Assembly: GCF_024521635.1 (NCBI RefSeq)
Contig: NW_026250413.1
Location: 992,001 to 1,056,000, forward strand
DNA: 64,000 nucleotides
Origin: Tricharina praecox
Lineage: Eukaryota
Reading direction: 5' to 3'
Positions within the stretch are counted from its first letter, which is position 1. Every line of letters begins with the position of its first letter. A program made the translations under genes and the position numbers. Below, in pieces: positions 63,302 through 64,000 of the stretch. The notes beneath the pieces were generated by a model that was not told the DNA's origin, did no database searches, and worked only from the letters and a program-made list of their open reading frames with translations.

Positions 63302-64000
63302 TGGTGTTATGTGTGTGAGAACGAGTGCTTCGGGGTTTTCTGGTCTCTGGAAGCTTTTTGAAAACCGAAGCTCGTTAGCTGATGTGCATATCCAGGTGAC
63401 AAGCAAACAAAAATGGAGTATGGATGATGGTGGGTGATACGACAGGCAGCAGTGGAACTAGCATGCGGATAATCGGATCCTTCACATACCACGCCGGCCG
63501 TGGGAGGAAGAAGCTTGGTATCATTAGGAAGGAGGAAGATGGATATGACACTTGGTACGCACCCCGATCGTCGCCTAGGTCTTTGACGTAGATGCCGTAA
63601 GTGACTTCGAAGATTAGCTCAGAGTTGCTACTTCGTCGATGGGCCGGAGCAAGCTGGAGGGACGAAAAAGGCTGGATGGTTCAAATCCTCGAATATGGGG
63701 TGATTCGGAGCATTCGAAGACGACGGACGAGGTTCCATTCTTAAACATATCCCCTCCGGCAGGATTGCTACCTCGAGGGGAGAGGTGGGCGAACTTTACC
63801 AATTGTGGCACGATAGGGCTAGTATACAAGAGTGTTCAATCGTCTATGGGCCTCTTTCACCTCACATTTTCACAATCAAACCGCGAGGAACGACAGCCCA
63901 GATCGTAAAAGGCGGTTCAGAATAGGGCTTGCTTATGGCGACTTAAAGAGCATTCTACTGCAGCCGCACATAGGTACATAGCAGAACTCTGGAAGCCGAG

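Overview
Eukaryotic fungal genomic DNA (intron-containing genes with GT..CTRAY..YAG introns; gene content and style suggest a filamentous ascomycete, possibly Pezizomycetes - inference only). The left 25 kb is mostly microsatellite-rich intergenic DNA with two genes: a SWIRM-domain protein and an 8-exon GIS2/CNBP zinc-knuckle gene. The middle holds conserved housekeeping genes: an F-box protein divergent from SAE2/Ctp1, EDE1, a VTC2/3 subunit directly followed by the PHO80/preg cyclin, and alpha-tubulin. The most unusual content is a group of three small, divergent, intron-containing genes (54-61.6 kb), plus a probable fourth at 38 kb. The ORF track shows them only in pieces. Each has a short N-terminal Myb/SANT-like helical domain and a disordered acidic tail, and in the three clustered genes the tails are dense in SUMO-consensus (psi-K-x-E) motifs. 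Several MITE-like/foldback remnants and tandem repeats are also present. Exon boundaries were read by eye and need RNA-seq confirmation.
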